A DNA stretch of 32,000 nucleotides from Bacteroidota bacterium (GTDB taxonomy: Bacteria; Bacteroidota; Bacteroidia; SXHM01), in NCBI GenBank assembly GCA_947479755.1, contig CANKAM010000003.1:1-32000 (forward strand), read 5' to 3'. Numbering within the stretch: the first letter of the stretch is position 1; every line of letters starts with the position of its first letter. The notes under the pieces were generated by a model. That model ran no database searches. It saw only the letters and a list, made by a program, of their open reading frames with translations, and was not told the origin of the DNA. Positions 16,401 through 23,928 of the stretch are shown piece by piece. The translations under genes and the position numbers were made by a program.

Positions 16401-16791
16401 GGGTATTGTAGCCCTTGCGGGTATTGTGGTGCGAAACGGAATTCTGTTGGTTGAGTTTACCGATGTGCTGCGCTATCAGGGTATGGACTTGAAAACCGCC
16501 ATTATCCAGGCCGGGAAGACAAGGATGACTCCCGTTATTCTTACTGCTACTGCAACCATGCTGGGTTTAGTTCCTCTCGCTGTTGGTTTTAATATTGATT
16601 TTGAAAGTTTGTTTACCCACTTAGATCCTAAAATTTATTTTGGTGGCGACAATGTTGCTTTCTGGGGACCTTTGTCATGGACTATGATTTTCGGGTTGGG
16701 CTTTGCTACCTTCCTTACCTTAATTCTGGTGCCGGTAATGTATTTACTGAGCGAGAAGCTGAACGAGAAGATTGGTAAGTTGGTGAAATAA
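13435..16791 (+). CDS. RND efflux transporter permease (AcrB/AcrD/AcrF family)
   Basis: 1118 aa with a 12-TM pattern and two large periplasmic loops. Motifs such as LALGIVVDDAIVVIEN and VALAGIVVRNGILLVEF. Confidence 0.95.
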   Translation: MLEKFKEFKPSSWAIDNRTSIYVIAAILSIMGIYSYNTMPKERFPEIVIPTIYVNTIYPGTSPGDIENLITKPIEKQIKAISGVKKLTSSSIQDFSIVVVEFATDVDVPAAKQKVKDAVDKARTDLPNDMTFEPNVIEVDFSEQPMLYVNISGDFDLNKLKKFADRIEDEVEALKEITRVDIVGALDREIQINVDMYKLQAATLTMGDVSNAIAYENVTVSGGQVKMGGMTRAISVSGEIKDVKDIENIVVRSMTGAHVYLKDIAEIKDGFKEKESYARLEHKNVITLNVIKRSGENLIEASDKIHAIVARLQKEEFPKDLIVTMTGDQSGQTRLVLHELINTIIIGFILVTLVLMFFMGVTNAVFVALSVPLSMFIAFLVMPSIGFTMNMMVLFSLLLALGIVVDDAIVVIENTHRIFNNGKVPIIQAAKQATGEVFLPVLSGTLTTLAPFVPLAFWGGIVGKFMFFLPITLIITLLASLLVAYIINPVFAADFMKPHDAEHEKKKGYKGLLISCAVFVVLAVIFYASGSVGMGNFTVFILFLVILHRFVLDRGIKGFQNKVWPAVQNIYEAIVTWALKGWRPIMLLFATIGLLFFSFWVVSISNIKVVFFPKSDPNFVYVYLNLPIGTDVAYTDSITRIVEDRVYEVVGEGNPLVSSIISNVAIGATDPTEGDRTTAPNKGKVSVSFVEFGKRNGQSTAVYLDKIREALKGIPGAEITVDQERNGPPVGKPVNIEIYGDDFTELANASNGIKRYLDSLQIGGVEELKSDLQNNKPELVIDIDRERANREGIFTGQIGSEIRTAVYGKEVSKFRDDNDDYPIMLRFVESQRNDIDGLMNMKITYRDMTTFGIRQIPLSSVAKVHYQNTYGGIKRKNQKRLITLSSNVLNGYNPNEVVANVSAAIEKFPKPDAVTVKMTGEQEEQKESQDFLQLALLLSVGLIFITLIIQFNSISKTLLIISEVIFSLIGVLLGFSIFGMEISIVMTGVGIVALAGIVVRNGILLVEFTDVLRYQGMDLKTAIIQAGKTRMTPVILTATATMLGLVPLAVGFNIDFESLFTHLDPKIYFGGDNVAFWGPLSWTMIFGLGFATFLTLILVPVMYLLSEKLNEKIGKLVK

Positions 16792-16812
16792 AATTTTGAT
16801 TACAATTATTTT

Positions 16813-16848
16813 GAAAGCCCTGATCTTACGATTGGGGCTTTCTTTTTT
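16813..16848 (+). terminator. Intrinsic terminator after the RND pump gene
   Basis: GAAAGCCC ... GGGCTTTC stem (8 bp, extendable through the loop) followed by TTTTTT. Confidence 0.65.
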
Positions 16849-16864
16849 GGTGATAAAACCAAAA

Positions 16865-17929
16865 TTAAATCCTTACCCCAAAAACACACACATCATCTAC
16901 CTGTTCAAGTGCACCTTTCCAGTTGTTGTGGGCTTTTGCAAGCAGTTCTTTTTGTGAGGCAACCGGCTTGTCGTAAAGCTCAAGCAATAGTTTTTTAAAT
17001 TGTGAGGTCTTGAATTTTTTTCCATCAGGTCCGCCAAACTGGTCGCTGTACCCGTCTGAAGAAAAATAAATCATATCGCCTTTTTTCACGTTTACTTTCA
17101 CGGTGGTAAAATGTTCTTTGCCTTGTCCTGCACCTACTGCATGGCGGTTGCCCCTCACCTCCAGCAAAGCAACCTGCTCGTTGCTTAACACTGCTTTTTC
17201 CAGAATGGTTTTGGTAGTGCGGCTGGTTACCCAATATAAGGTATGATGTGCTCCTGAAAAATGCAGCGTTTTAGTGTTCGTGTTAAAAACCCCCAGCGAA
17301 ATATCCATGCCATCTTTCACTTCTCCTTTTTCATTTTTATCAAAAGTTTCTTCCACCTTTTTGCGAATACTGTCTAAATTTTTTCCGGGATCTGTCAATT
17401 TCAAATCATTGATGGAATGGCTGATTGCCTCGTGACCCACAAAACTTACAAACGCCCCCGGAACACCATGCCCTGTGCAATCTGCCACTGCAAAAAAGAT
17501 AGTATCATCTACTCGGTCAAGAAAATAAAAGTCACCGCTTACAATGTCTTTCGGATTGTAGAACACAAATGCATCGGGCAATATATTTTTAAAATCATCA
17601 TCCGATGGCAGTATGGCAGTTTGCAAACGCTTTGCGTAATTGATACTGTCAACAATGTCCTTGTTTTTCTGTTCAATTACTGTTTTCTGGTTGTTGATTT
17701 CTATGTTGGCAAGCTCCAGCTTTTCGTTTTTCTCCAGAATTTCTGTCTTTTGTTTTGACAATAATTCATTTGCTTTTTTCTTCTGGCGGTAAAAATTAAA
17801 TATCCACAAACTGAGCAGGAATAAAAGAATAGCAATGATGATGCTGCCATAAAGTTGTAATTGTTTTTGCCGTAATTGAAGTTCATTCTGCTCCAACTTT
17901 AATTTATTTATCTCAGCATCTTTTTCCAT
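16865..17929 (-). CDS. SpoIIE/PP2C-family serine phosphatase (RsbU-like) with N-terminal TM helix and coiled coil; probably the 3' part of a disrupted TPR-phosphatase gene
   Basis: SGDFYFLDRV...FAVADCTGHGVPGAFVS...GDMIYFSSDGYSDQFGG are SpoIIE/PP2C motifs. The same frame stays open upstream apart from a single TAG at 17939-17941. Confidence 0.85.
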   Translation of the reverse strand: MEKDAEINKLKLEQNELQLRQKQLQLYGSIIIAILLFLLSLWIFNFYRQKKKANELLSKQKTEILEKNEKLELANIEINNQKTVIEQKNKDIVDSINYAKRLQTAILPSDDDFKNILPDAFVFYNPKDIVSGDFYFLDRVDDTIFFAVADCTGHGVPGAFVSFVGHEAISHSINDLKLTDPGKNLDSIRKKVEETFDKNEKGEVKDGMDISLGVFNTNTKTLHFSGAHHTLYWVTSRTTKTILEKAVLSNEQVALLEVRGNRHAVGAGQGKEHFTTVKVNVKKGDMIYFSSDGYSDQFGGPDGKKFKTSQFKKLLLELYDKPVASQKELLAKAHNNWKGALEQVDDVCVFGVRI

Positions 17930-18147
17930 CTCTCCTATCTACTTTTCTTTTTTCTCGTTCTGTTGCCGCAGCTCCATTTGGGCGAGGTCTTCCATATCAA
18001 GACTGTCGCGTATCTGGCTATACAACTGAGAGTATTTTGAACTTTCTTCCTCCCTATTCATTTCAGTATACATAATCGAAATAGTTCTGTAAATCTTTGC
18101 AAGCGATTTCTTGTCATTAGATTTTCTGTATGCTTTTTCAGCATCCT

Positions 18148-19314
18148 TTAAATGGCTTTCGGCATTGGTATATTTTTTTCTGACAAAAAAACTTTTCCTA
18201 AATTAAAATTGCTGTTTGCTCCGCATAAACTATCTCCTATCTCGCCACACAATTGAAGTTCTTTCAGAAAAAACTCCAGACCTTTTGCTGTATTTTTCTC
18301 TTGTATATAAACATCTCCAATGCTATCCAGCAGGTTGGCCATATCTCTTTTTAAGCCAATAGATTCACGAGTTGTGTATGCTTTATTAAAAAACTCAATT
18401 GCCTTTCCGGGGTTTCCTGCCTTTCGATAAATACTCGCTTTATACGTATAGATTTCACCCATCTCATTCTTCAATCCTACTTTTTCTGCTGTTGCAAATG
18501 CGCTGTCTATATATTCTAACGCGCTGTCATAATCTTTTATTTTTTTATAGGCATTGGCTATGTTACTGTAATCATATGAAAGAGAATAATTATCCTCATT
18601 CTTTTTATTGATCTCCATTGAACGATAATAATAGCTGAAAGCAGTATCATATTTTTCCTGCTTTTCATAAACAAACCCCAGGTTGCTTAAACACCATGCA
18701 ATATATTTGGTATCATTCACCTGCCTTGAAAGTTTTAAAGCCTTAAGATAGAGTTGAACAGCCGTTTCCTCATCTCCGATTTCTGAATAAACAGCAGCAA
18801 GATTATTAAGCGGAAGTATTAACTCAGCAGGCTCATTCAGTGTTTCTGTTAGCCGTATTGATTCTTCAAAATTTTCAATGGATTCTTTTTTCCGGCCAGT
18901 TATATTGTAGATGATCCCTAAATTATTGTGAACAGTAGCGATATTTTCTGTCTTTTTGAGTTCTTTGAAAATTTTTAAAGCTTGCCCGTAATACTCCAGC
19001 GCCTTATCGTAATTCCCCTGGTTTTTGTAAACCACACCCAATGAATTAAGGCTGCCCGCTATGCTTATCTTATCTTTCAATTCTACCGAAAGCCCCAAAG
19101 CCTGCCTGCCATACTCCAACGCTTTTTCAGGGTCGGTGTTTTTGTATTCCCAAAGCAGGTAGCGAAGCGTTTGAACCTTGTCGGTATCGTTCTTTGATTT
19201 GTTAAGGACTTTTAGAAGACTATCAATTTTACTTTGCTGCGCACTAACAGAAAGCGACAGCAACGCTGAAAACAGCAGAACTAATAATGATGAGGTAAGG
19301 TGTTTTATCTTCAC
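18148..19314 (-). CDS. TPR-repeat protein with signal peptide; probably the 5' part of a disrupted TPR-phosphatase gene
   Basis: ORF track 18148..19356. I prefer the GTG start at 19312-19314 (VKIKHLTSSLLVLLFSALLSLSVSAQQ is a canonical signal peptide); this also avoids overlap with the upstream gene. Contains nine or more TPR units. The ORF ends inside a TPR unit at a homopolymer run. Confidence 0.8.
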   Translation of the reverse strand: MKIKHLTSSLLVLLFSALLSLSVSAQQSKIDSLLKVLNKSKNDTDKVQTLRYLLWEYKNTDPEKALEYGRQALGLSVELKDKISIAGSLNSLGVVYKNQGNYDKALEYYGQALKIFKELKKTENIATVHNNLGIIYNITGRKKESIENFEESIRLTETLNEPAELILPLNNLAAVYSEIGDEETAVQLYLKALKLSRQVNDTKYIAWCLSNLGFVYEKQEKYDTAFSYYYRSMEINKKNEDNYSLSYDYSNIANAYKKIKDYDSALEYIDSAFATAEKVGLKNEMGEIYTYKASIYRKAGNPGKAIEFFNKAYTTRESIGLKRDMANLLDSIGDVYIQEKNTAKGLEFFLKELQLCGEIGDSLCGANSNFNLGKVFLSEKNIPMPKAI

Positions 19315-19339
19315 GTGAAAGGTAAAGATAGAAAACAAA

Positions 19340-19858
19340 TTACATCGGGCGGGCAATCGCCATCAGCACAACTGTTGCAGCAAGATGCCATGCAACCAAT
19401 CTTACGCCTTTGGCAAGTTTTGCGCGAAGTGCAGCAATTTCCTGAGACTGTTCAGGAGTTGGGGAGCCACCTGCTTTTGCAACGGCTTCACCAATTTTTG
19501 CCATGCGGTCAACAGCAGGCTTACTTACCATCATTCCAATCATATAAGCTCCAAAGGCAAGCACTCCTCCCAATGTATAACAGCCTCCCTCGTAGGTCAT
19601 AAACCAGTCAGCCTGGAAATTGCCCGAACGAATCATAATCAGGCGAAAGCCGGATAAAATATTAAGCGTGGAAAGTATGGCCATCCACAGAGGCAGCTTG
19701 TTGGTGCGTGAAAGTTGCTGCATGAATTTTCCTCCATCAGCGCCTAAGGCATTAACCGCGGGAGTTATAAATGCAGCAAGATATATAACGGATCCTGCCC
19801 AGAAAATGCCTGTGCCGATGTGCAACAGGCGAAGTGTTTGAATTTCGTAGATATTCAT
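19340..19858 (-). CDS. Integral membrane protein (about 4 TM), unknown function
   Basis: Hydrophobic segments IGTGIFWAGSVIYLAAFI, LPLWMAILSTLNILSGF, TLGGVLAFGAYMIGMMV and LVAWHLAATVVLMAIA. Same strand as, and directly upstream of, the TPR gene. Confidence 0.7.
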   Translation of the reverse strand: MNIYEIQTLRLLHIGTGIFWAGSVIYLAAFITPAVNALGADGGKFMQQLSRTNKLPLWMAILSTLNILSGFRLIMIRSGNFQADWFMTYEGGCYTLGGVLAFGAYMIGMMVSKPAVDRMAKIGEAVAKAGGSPTPEQSQEIAALRAKLAKGVRLVAWHLAATVVLMAIARPM

Positions 19859-19917
19859 AGGTTTTAGTTTTGTGCAATTTTAACAAAATCTGAAATAGCA
19901 TTACAAACTATCTTCAC

Positions 19918-19925
19918 TATCTTTG
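19918..19925 (+). promoter_or_regulatory. -7 box candidate for the DUF4175-like gene
   Basis: Exact TAnnTTTG (TATCTTTG) about 70 nt upstream of the ATG at 19998. A second exact box, TAGTTTTG, is at 19865-19872. Confidence 0.3.
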
Positions 19926-19997
19926 TAATCAGCCTTCAGCAAATTTCAGGATTGATTTTTGTGGAAAGAGAGAGCAACGTGCATCAGGAATTTTAGA

Positions 19998-22900
19998 ATG
20001 GAGAATTATAATAAACTCATCCAAAAGCTAGATGAGTTTATCCGCAAATACTATAAGAACCAACTTATCCGTGGCGCACTTTACAGCGTAGCGGTTGGTG
20101 TTGCGTTTTTTCTGAGTATTGTTTTACTGGAACATTTCGGGCATTTCGGAACTGCGGTGCGCACCGGTTTGTTCTATTCTTTTTTGGCGGTGAATGCGGT
20201 TATTCTTTATCGTTTAGTTGCTCTTCCGCTCATTCATCTCAACCGCATGGGGAAAATTATTTCCTACGAAGAAGCATCGCAAATTATCGGAAAACATTTT
20301 TCAAACGTTAGCGACAAACTGCTGAATACGTTGCAACTGAAACAGCTGGCAGATAGCGGAAATGCAAACTCGCGCGAATTACTTTACGCCAGCATTGACC
20401 AGAAAACTGCTGAACTGAAACCTGTTCCTTTTGTTGCTGCCATTGATTTATCCGCGAATAAAAAATATCTGCGCTATGCGTTGCCACCAGTTTTGGTTGC
20501 TCTTCTGCTTGTTGTTATTGCTCCCAACATTTTGCGCGAAAGCACAACGCGATTGGTAAATCACAACACCTACTTTGAAACAATTGCGCCCTTCAAATTC
20601 ATTGTTGAGAACAACGATTTACGTGCTATGCAACACGAAGATTTTACATTGAACCTGAAAATGGAAGGAGCAGAAATTCCGGCAGAAGTGTTTGTTGAGG
20701 TTGACGATAACCTTTACAGGCTTGATAAACAAAGCACAATCGGATTCAGTTATATTTTCAAAAATCTGCAAAAATCAACATCATTCCGTTTGTATGCCGA
20801 TGGTTTTTATTCTAAAGAATACGAGCTGACTGCGCTACCAAAACCTTTGGTGCTGAACTTTAACATTGTGTTGGATTATCCTGATTACACCGGCCGCAGA
20901 GATGAAACAGTAAACAACACAGGCGATCTTACCGTGCCTGCCGGAACTAAAGCCGCATGGAATTTTAACACCCGTGATGCGCGTGAGCTGCGAATGAGTT
21001 TTGGAGATACTGCTTTTGCGGTAAATGCTGCGAGTGCTGATAACTTTTCTTACTCATCACGCCTTTTCAAAAACAGACAATACTCTGTTATTGCCTCCAA
21101 CGAGTTTCTTCAAAGCAACGATTCCATTCTCTATCATGTGAATGTAATTCCTGATGCTTTTCCTGCAATTGAAGTGGAAGAAAAACAAGATTCTCTTTCA
21201 TCCAAACTCATCTATTTCAGCGGCATGGTGAAAGATGATTACGGTTTCAAAAAACTGAATTTTGTTTACCGTTTTCTTAATTCTGATGATGCGGAAAAGA
21301 AAGAAAAAATATTTGCCGAAGATGTATTCATCAGTAAAAATAAACAGAGCGACCAGTTTTTTTATTCCTGGGATGTGAACCCACTCAATATTCAGCCGGG
21401 CGATAACATTGAGTATTATTTTGAGGTGTGGGACAATGATGGCGTGAGCGGAAGCAAAGCCACACGCAGCGAGAAGAAACTTTACAAAGCACCAACACTG
21501 AGTGAGCTTTCAAAAGAGAATGAGAAAAAATCAAGCGAGCTGAAAAAAGACATGGAGCAAAGCATCAAGGATGCAAAAGCTCTGCAAAAAGAAGTAGCGG
21601 AATTGAACAAAAAATTGTTCGACAAAAAGAACCTGACATGGGAAGACAAGAAGAATATCCAGAGCCTGCTTGACAAACAGAAGAAGCTTGAAAATGAAAT
21701 GCAGGAGATTCAGCAAGAAAATAAAAAGAAAAATAATCAGCAGAATGAGTTCAATCAACTGAGCCCTGAGTTACTGGAGAAACAAAAGCAACTAGAAAAA
21801 ATGTTTGACGAGTTGATGACTCCCGAGATGAAAGAACTCTTCCGACAAATGGAAGAAATGATGGAGAAAATGGACAAAGACAAAGCCCGTGAAATGTTGG
21901 AGAAAATGGAGATGACCAACGAAGATCTCTCCAAAGAAATGGATCGTCAGTTGGAAATTTTCAAGCAACTGGAGTTTGAACAAAAACTGAATGAGTCGAT
22001 TGAAAAGCTGAACAAACTGGCAGAAAAAGAAGAAAAACTTTCAGAGGAAACCAAGGAGAAAAAAGGAGATGCAACCGAAGAAAAAGAAAAACAGGATGAA
22101 CTTAACAAAGAGTTTGATGACCTCAAAAAAGACCTTGATGAGTTAGAGAAAAAGAACAGCGAGTTGGAACAGCCCAACAAAATGGAAGACACCAAAGAGG
22201 AAGAAAAAGGTATTGAAGAAGACATGCAAAAAAGTTCGCAGGAAATGGGCGAACAGAAAAATCAGAAAGCATCGCAATCACAAAAAAGTGCTTCTCAGAA
22301 AATGAAAAATCTGTCGGAAAAAATGCAGGCCATGCAGCAAGAAATGCAACAGGAGCAACAAAGCGAAGACATAAAATCACTGCGCGATATTCTTGAAAAC
22401 CTGCTTACCCTTTCGTTTGATCAGGAGAAGTTGATGGCTAAACTCAAAAACACCAACCGCAACGACCCGGGTTTTACTTCCATTGCCCGCGAACAATTGA
22501 AACTGAAAAACGATTCAAAACTTATTGAAGACTCGCTTTTCGCGCTGAGCAAACGCGTGGTGCAATTACAAACGATTGTAAACCGCGAAATCCGGAACAT
22601 CAACCAGAACATGGATGTGGCCATTGAAAACCTTGCCGAGCGTCAGACTTCACTTGCCCAAAACCGGCAGCAACTGACCATGACTTCTATTAATAACCTT
22701 GCGCTGATGCTGAGTGAAGTGGTTCAGCAAATGCAACAGATGCAAGCACAAAGTAAACCCGGCAGCGGCTCGTGCAGCAAACCCGGAAAAGGGCAGGGCA
22801 AACCCAGTGCCGCCACCATGAAGGCATTGCAGGAACAACTGAATAAACAGATTGAGCAAATGCAAAAGGGAATGCAGAAAGGACAAAAACCGGGAGAGAA

Positions 22901-23360
22901 ACCCGGAGGCTCACAAGGCATGGGCGGAATGAGCGAGGGCCTTGCAAAAATGGCTGCCCAACAGGAAGCCATCCGCCAAATGCTGCAGGAGGTTGCCAGC
23001 GAACTGGATAAAAAAGGCAATGGCAAAGGCTCTGGAGGCAACCTGGATAAGATTCATGATTTAATGGAAGAAACCGAAACCGATTTGGTAAACAAACGCA
23101 TAACAGCCGAAACGCTGCGCAGACAAGAAGAAATTCTTACCCGCCTGCTGGAAGCGGAAAAAGCAGAGCGTCAGCGCGATGAAGAGGAGCGCAGGGAATC
23201 AAAAGAAGGGAAAAATGAGAAATTGAGTAACCCTCCGGTATTTAATGAGTATAACAGACGAAAATTAAAAGAAACAGAGTTGTTAAAAACTGTTCCTCCT
23301 TCACTGCAACCTTTTTACAGGGATAAGGTAAACGAGTATTTTAACAACTACCAACATTAA
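19998..23360 (+). CDS. Large membrane-anchored protein with K/E/Q-rich coiled-coil, low-complexity C-terminal half (DUF4175-like)
   Basis: ORF track 19959..23360 begins at a TTG. I prefer the ATG at 19998 (MENYNKLIQKLDEFIRKYYKN). TM helices follow near the N-terminus, then a globular ~450 aa region, then ~600 aa of charged coiled coil. The family call is from memory of the architecture, not from a search. Confidence 0.75.
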   Translation: MENYNKLIQKLDEFIRKYYKNQLIRGALYSVAVGVAFFLSIVLLEHFGHFGTAVRTGLFYSFLAVNAVILYRLVALPLIHLNRMGKIISYEEASQIIGKHFSNVSDKLLNTLQLKQLADSGNANSRELLYASIDQKTAELKPVPFVAAIDLSANKKYLRYALPPVLVALLLVVIAPNILRESTTRLVNHNTYFETIAPFKFIVENNDLRAMQHEDFTLNLKMEGAEIPAEVFVEVDDNLYRLDKQSTIGFSYIFKNLQKSTSFRLYADGFYSKEYELTALPKPLVLNFNIVLDYPDYTGRRDETVNNTGDLTVPAGTKAAWNFNTRDARELRMSFGDTAFAVNAASADNFSYSSRLFKNRQYSVIASNEFLQSNDSILYHVNVIPDAFPAIEVEEKQDSLSSKLIYFSGMVKDDYGFKKLNFVYRFLNSDDAEKKEKIFAEDVFISKNKQSDQFFYSWDVNPLNIQPGDNIEYYFEVWDNDGVSGSKATRSEKKLYKAPTLSELSKENEKKSSELKKDMEQSIKDAKALQKEVAELNKKLFDKKNLTWEDKKNIQSLLDKQKKLENEMQEIQQENKKKNNQQNEFNQLSPELLEKQKQLEKMFDELMTPEMKELFRQMEEMMEKMDKDKAREMLEKMEMTNEDLSKEMDRQLEIFKQLEFEQKLNESIEKLNKLAEKEEKLSEETKEKKGDATEEKEKQDELNKEFDDLKKDLDELEKKNSELEQPNKMEDTKEEEKGIEEDMQKSSQEMGEQKNQKASQSQKSASQKMKNLSEKMQAMQQEMQQEQQSEDIKSLRDILENLLTLSFDQEKLMAKLKNTNRNDPGFTSIAREQLKLKNDSKLIEDSLFALSKRVVQLQTIVNREIRNINQNMDVAIENLAERQTSLAQNRQQLTMTSINNLALMLSEVVQQMQQMQAQSKPGSGSCSKPGKGQGKPSAATMKALQEQLNKQIEQMQKGMQKGQKPGEKPGGSQGMGGMSEGLAKMAAQQEAIRQMLQEVASELDKKGNGKGSGGNLDKIHDLMEETETDLVNKRITAETLRRQEEILTRLLEAEKAERQRDEEERRESKEGKNEKLSNPPVFNEYNRRKLKETELLKTVPPSLQPFYRDKVNEYFNNYQH

Positions 23361-23376
23361 AATACAGATATTCAGC

Positions 23377-23790
23377 ATGAAACAAAAGAATCTGACATTC
23401 CCTTCCACTGCCGACAGCCTGCACCTTGTTGAAGCTCTTATTGACGAGATAAGCGCTGACATGCACCTTGACGAAGATTATTACGGGAATATTCTGATTG
23501 CGGTAACTGAAGCAGTAAACAACGCTATTAATCACGGAAATAAACAAGACCCCAACAAAACAGTGTCGTTTGTATTTACTGAAAATGACGATCATTCTAT
23601 TTCCTTTAAAATAGCCGACCAAGGCACGGGCTTTGACTTTGAAAACATACCCGACCCCACTTCACCCGAAAATATTGAAAAAGTAAACGGACGCGGTGTG
23701 TTTCTTATGAAACAACTATCTGACGGAGTTACCTTTGATGATAACGGACGAGTGGTTGAACTTTCGTTTAAGTTGGCGCAGCACGCATAA
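23377..23790 (+). CDS. Anti-sigma-factor-type serine kinase (RsbW/SpoIIAB-like HATPase_c)
   Basis: 137 aa. N-box EAVNNAINHGN, G1 box DQGTGFD, and NGRGVFLM. Lies 16 nt after the upstream gene, so is probably co-transcribed. Confidence 0.8.
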   Translation: MKQKNLTFPSTADSLHLVEALIDEISADMHLDEDYYGNILIAVTEAVNNAINHGNKQDPNKTVSFVFTENDDHSISFKIADQGTGFDFENIPDPTSPENIEKVNGRGVFLMKQLSDGVTFDDNGRVVELSFKLAQHA

Positions 23791-23810
23791 GAATTTTATA
23801 TTCCAAAAAC

Positions 23811-23849
23811 AAAGAAGCCCGTTCAAAAATGAACGGGCTTCTTTGTTTT
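23811..23849 (+). terminator. Intrinsic terminator
   Basis: AAAGAAGCCCGTTCA aaaa TGAACGGGCTTCTTT: a perfect 15-bp stem followed by GTTTT. Confidence 0.85.
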
Positions 23850-23928
23850 AGCCCATTAAAATTCGTTTAAAATTAGGTTTCGGCAAATATTAATTTATAC
23901 ATTCGCTTCATTAACAAATCATTATTTA

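Noticed and set aside
19315-19356. ATG at 19354-19356 as the TPR protein start
   Set aside because: It would add a non-signal-like 14-aa extension (MPARCNLFSIFTFH) and overlap the upstream gene's end by 17 nt. The GTG at 19312-19314 gives a canonical signal peptide. Kept only as an alternative.
17025-19841. ORFs 17025..17234(-), 17417..17758(+), 17701..17886(-), 18399..18611(+), 19300..19602(+), 19385..19657(+) and 19620..19841(+)
   Set aside because: They overlap the phosphatase, TPR or membrane-protein genes in other frames and have no recognisable domains.
21482-23622. Many minus-strand ORFs antisense to the DUF4175-like gene (21482 to 22724 series, 23341..23622)
   Set aside because: They are mirror images of the K/E/Q-rich low-complexity region (they translate to F/L/S-rich strings). 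This is a known artefact of purine-rich coding strands.
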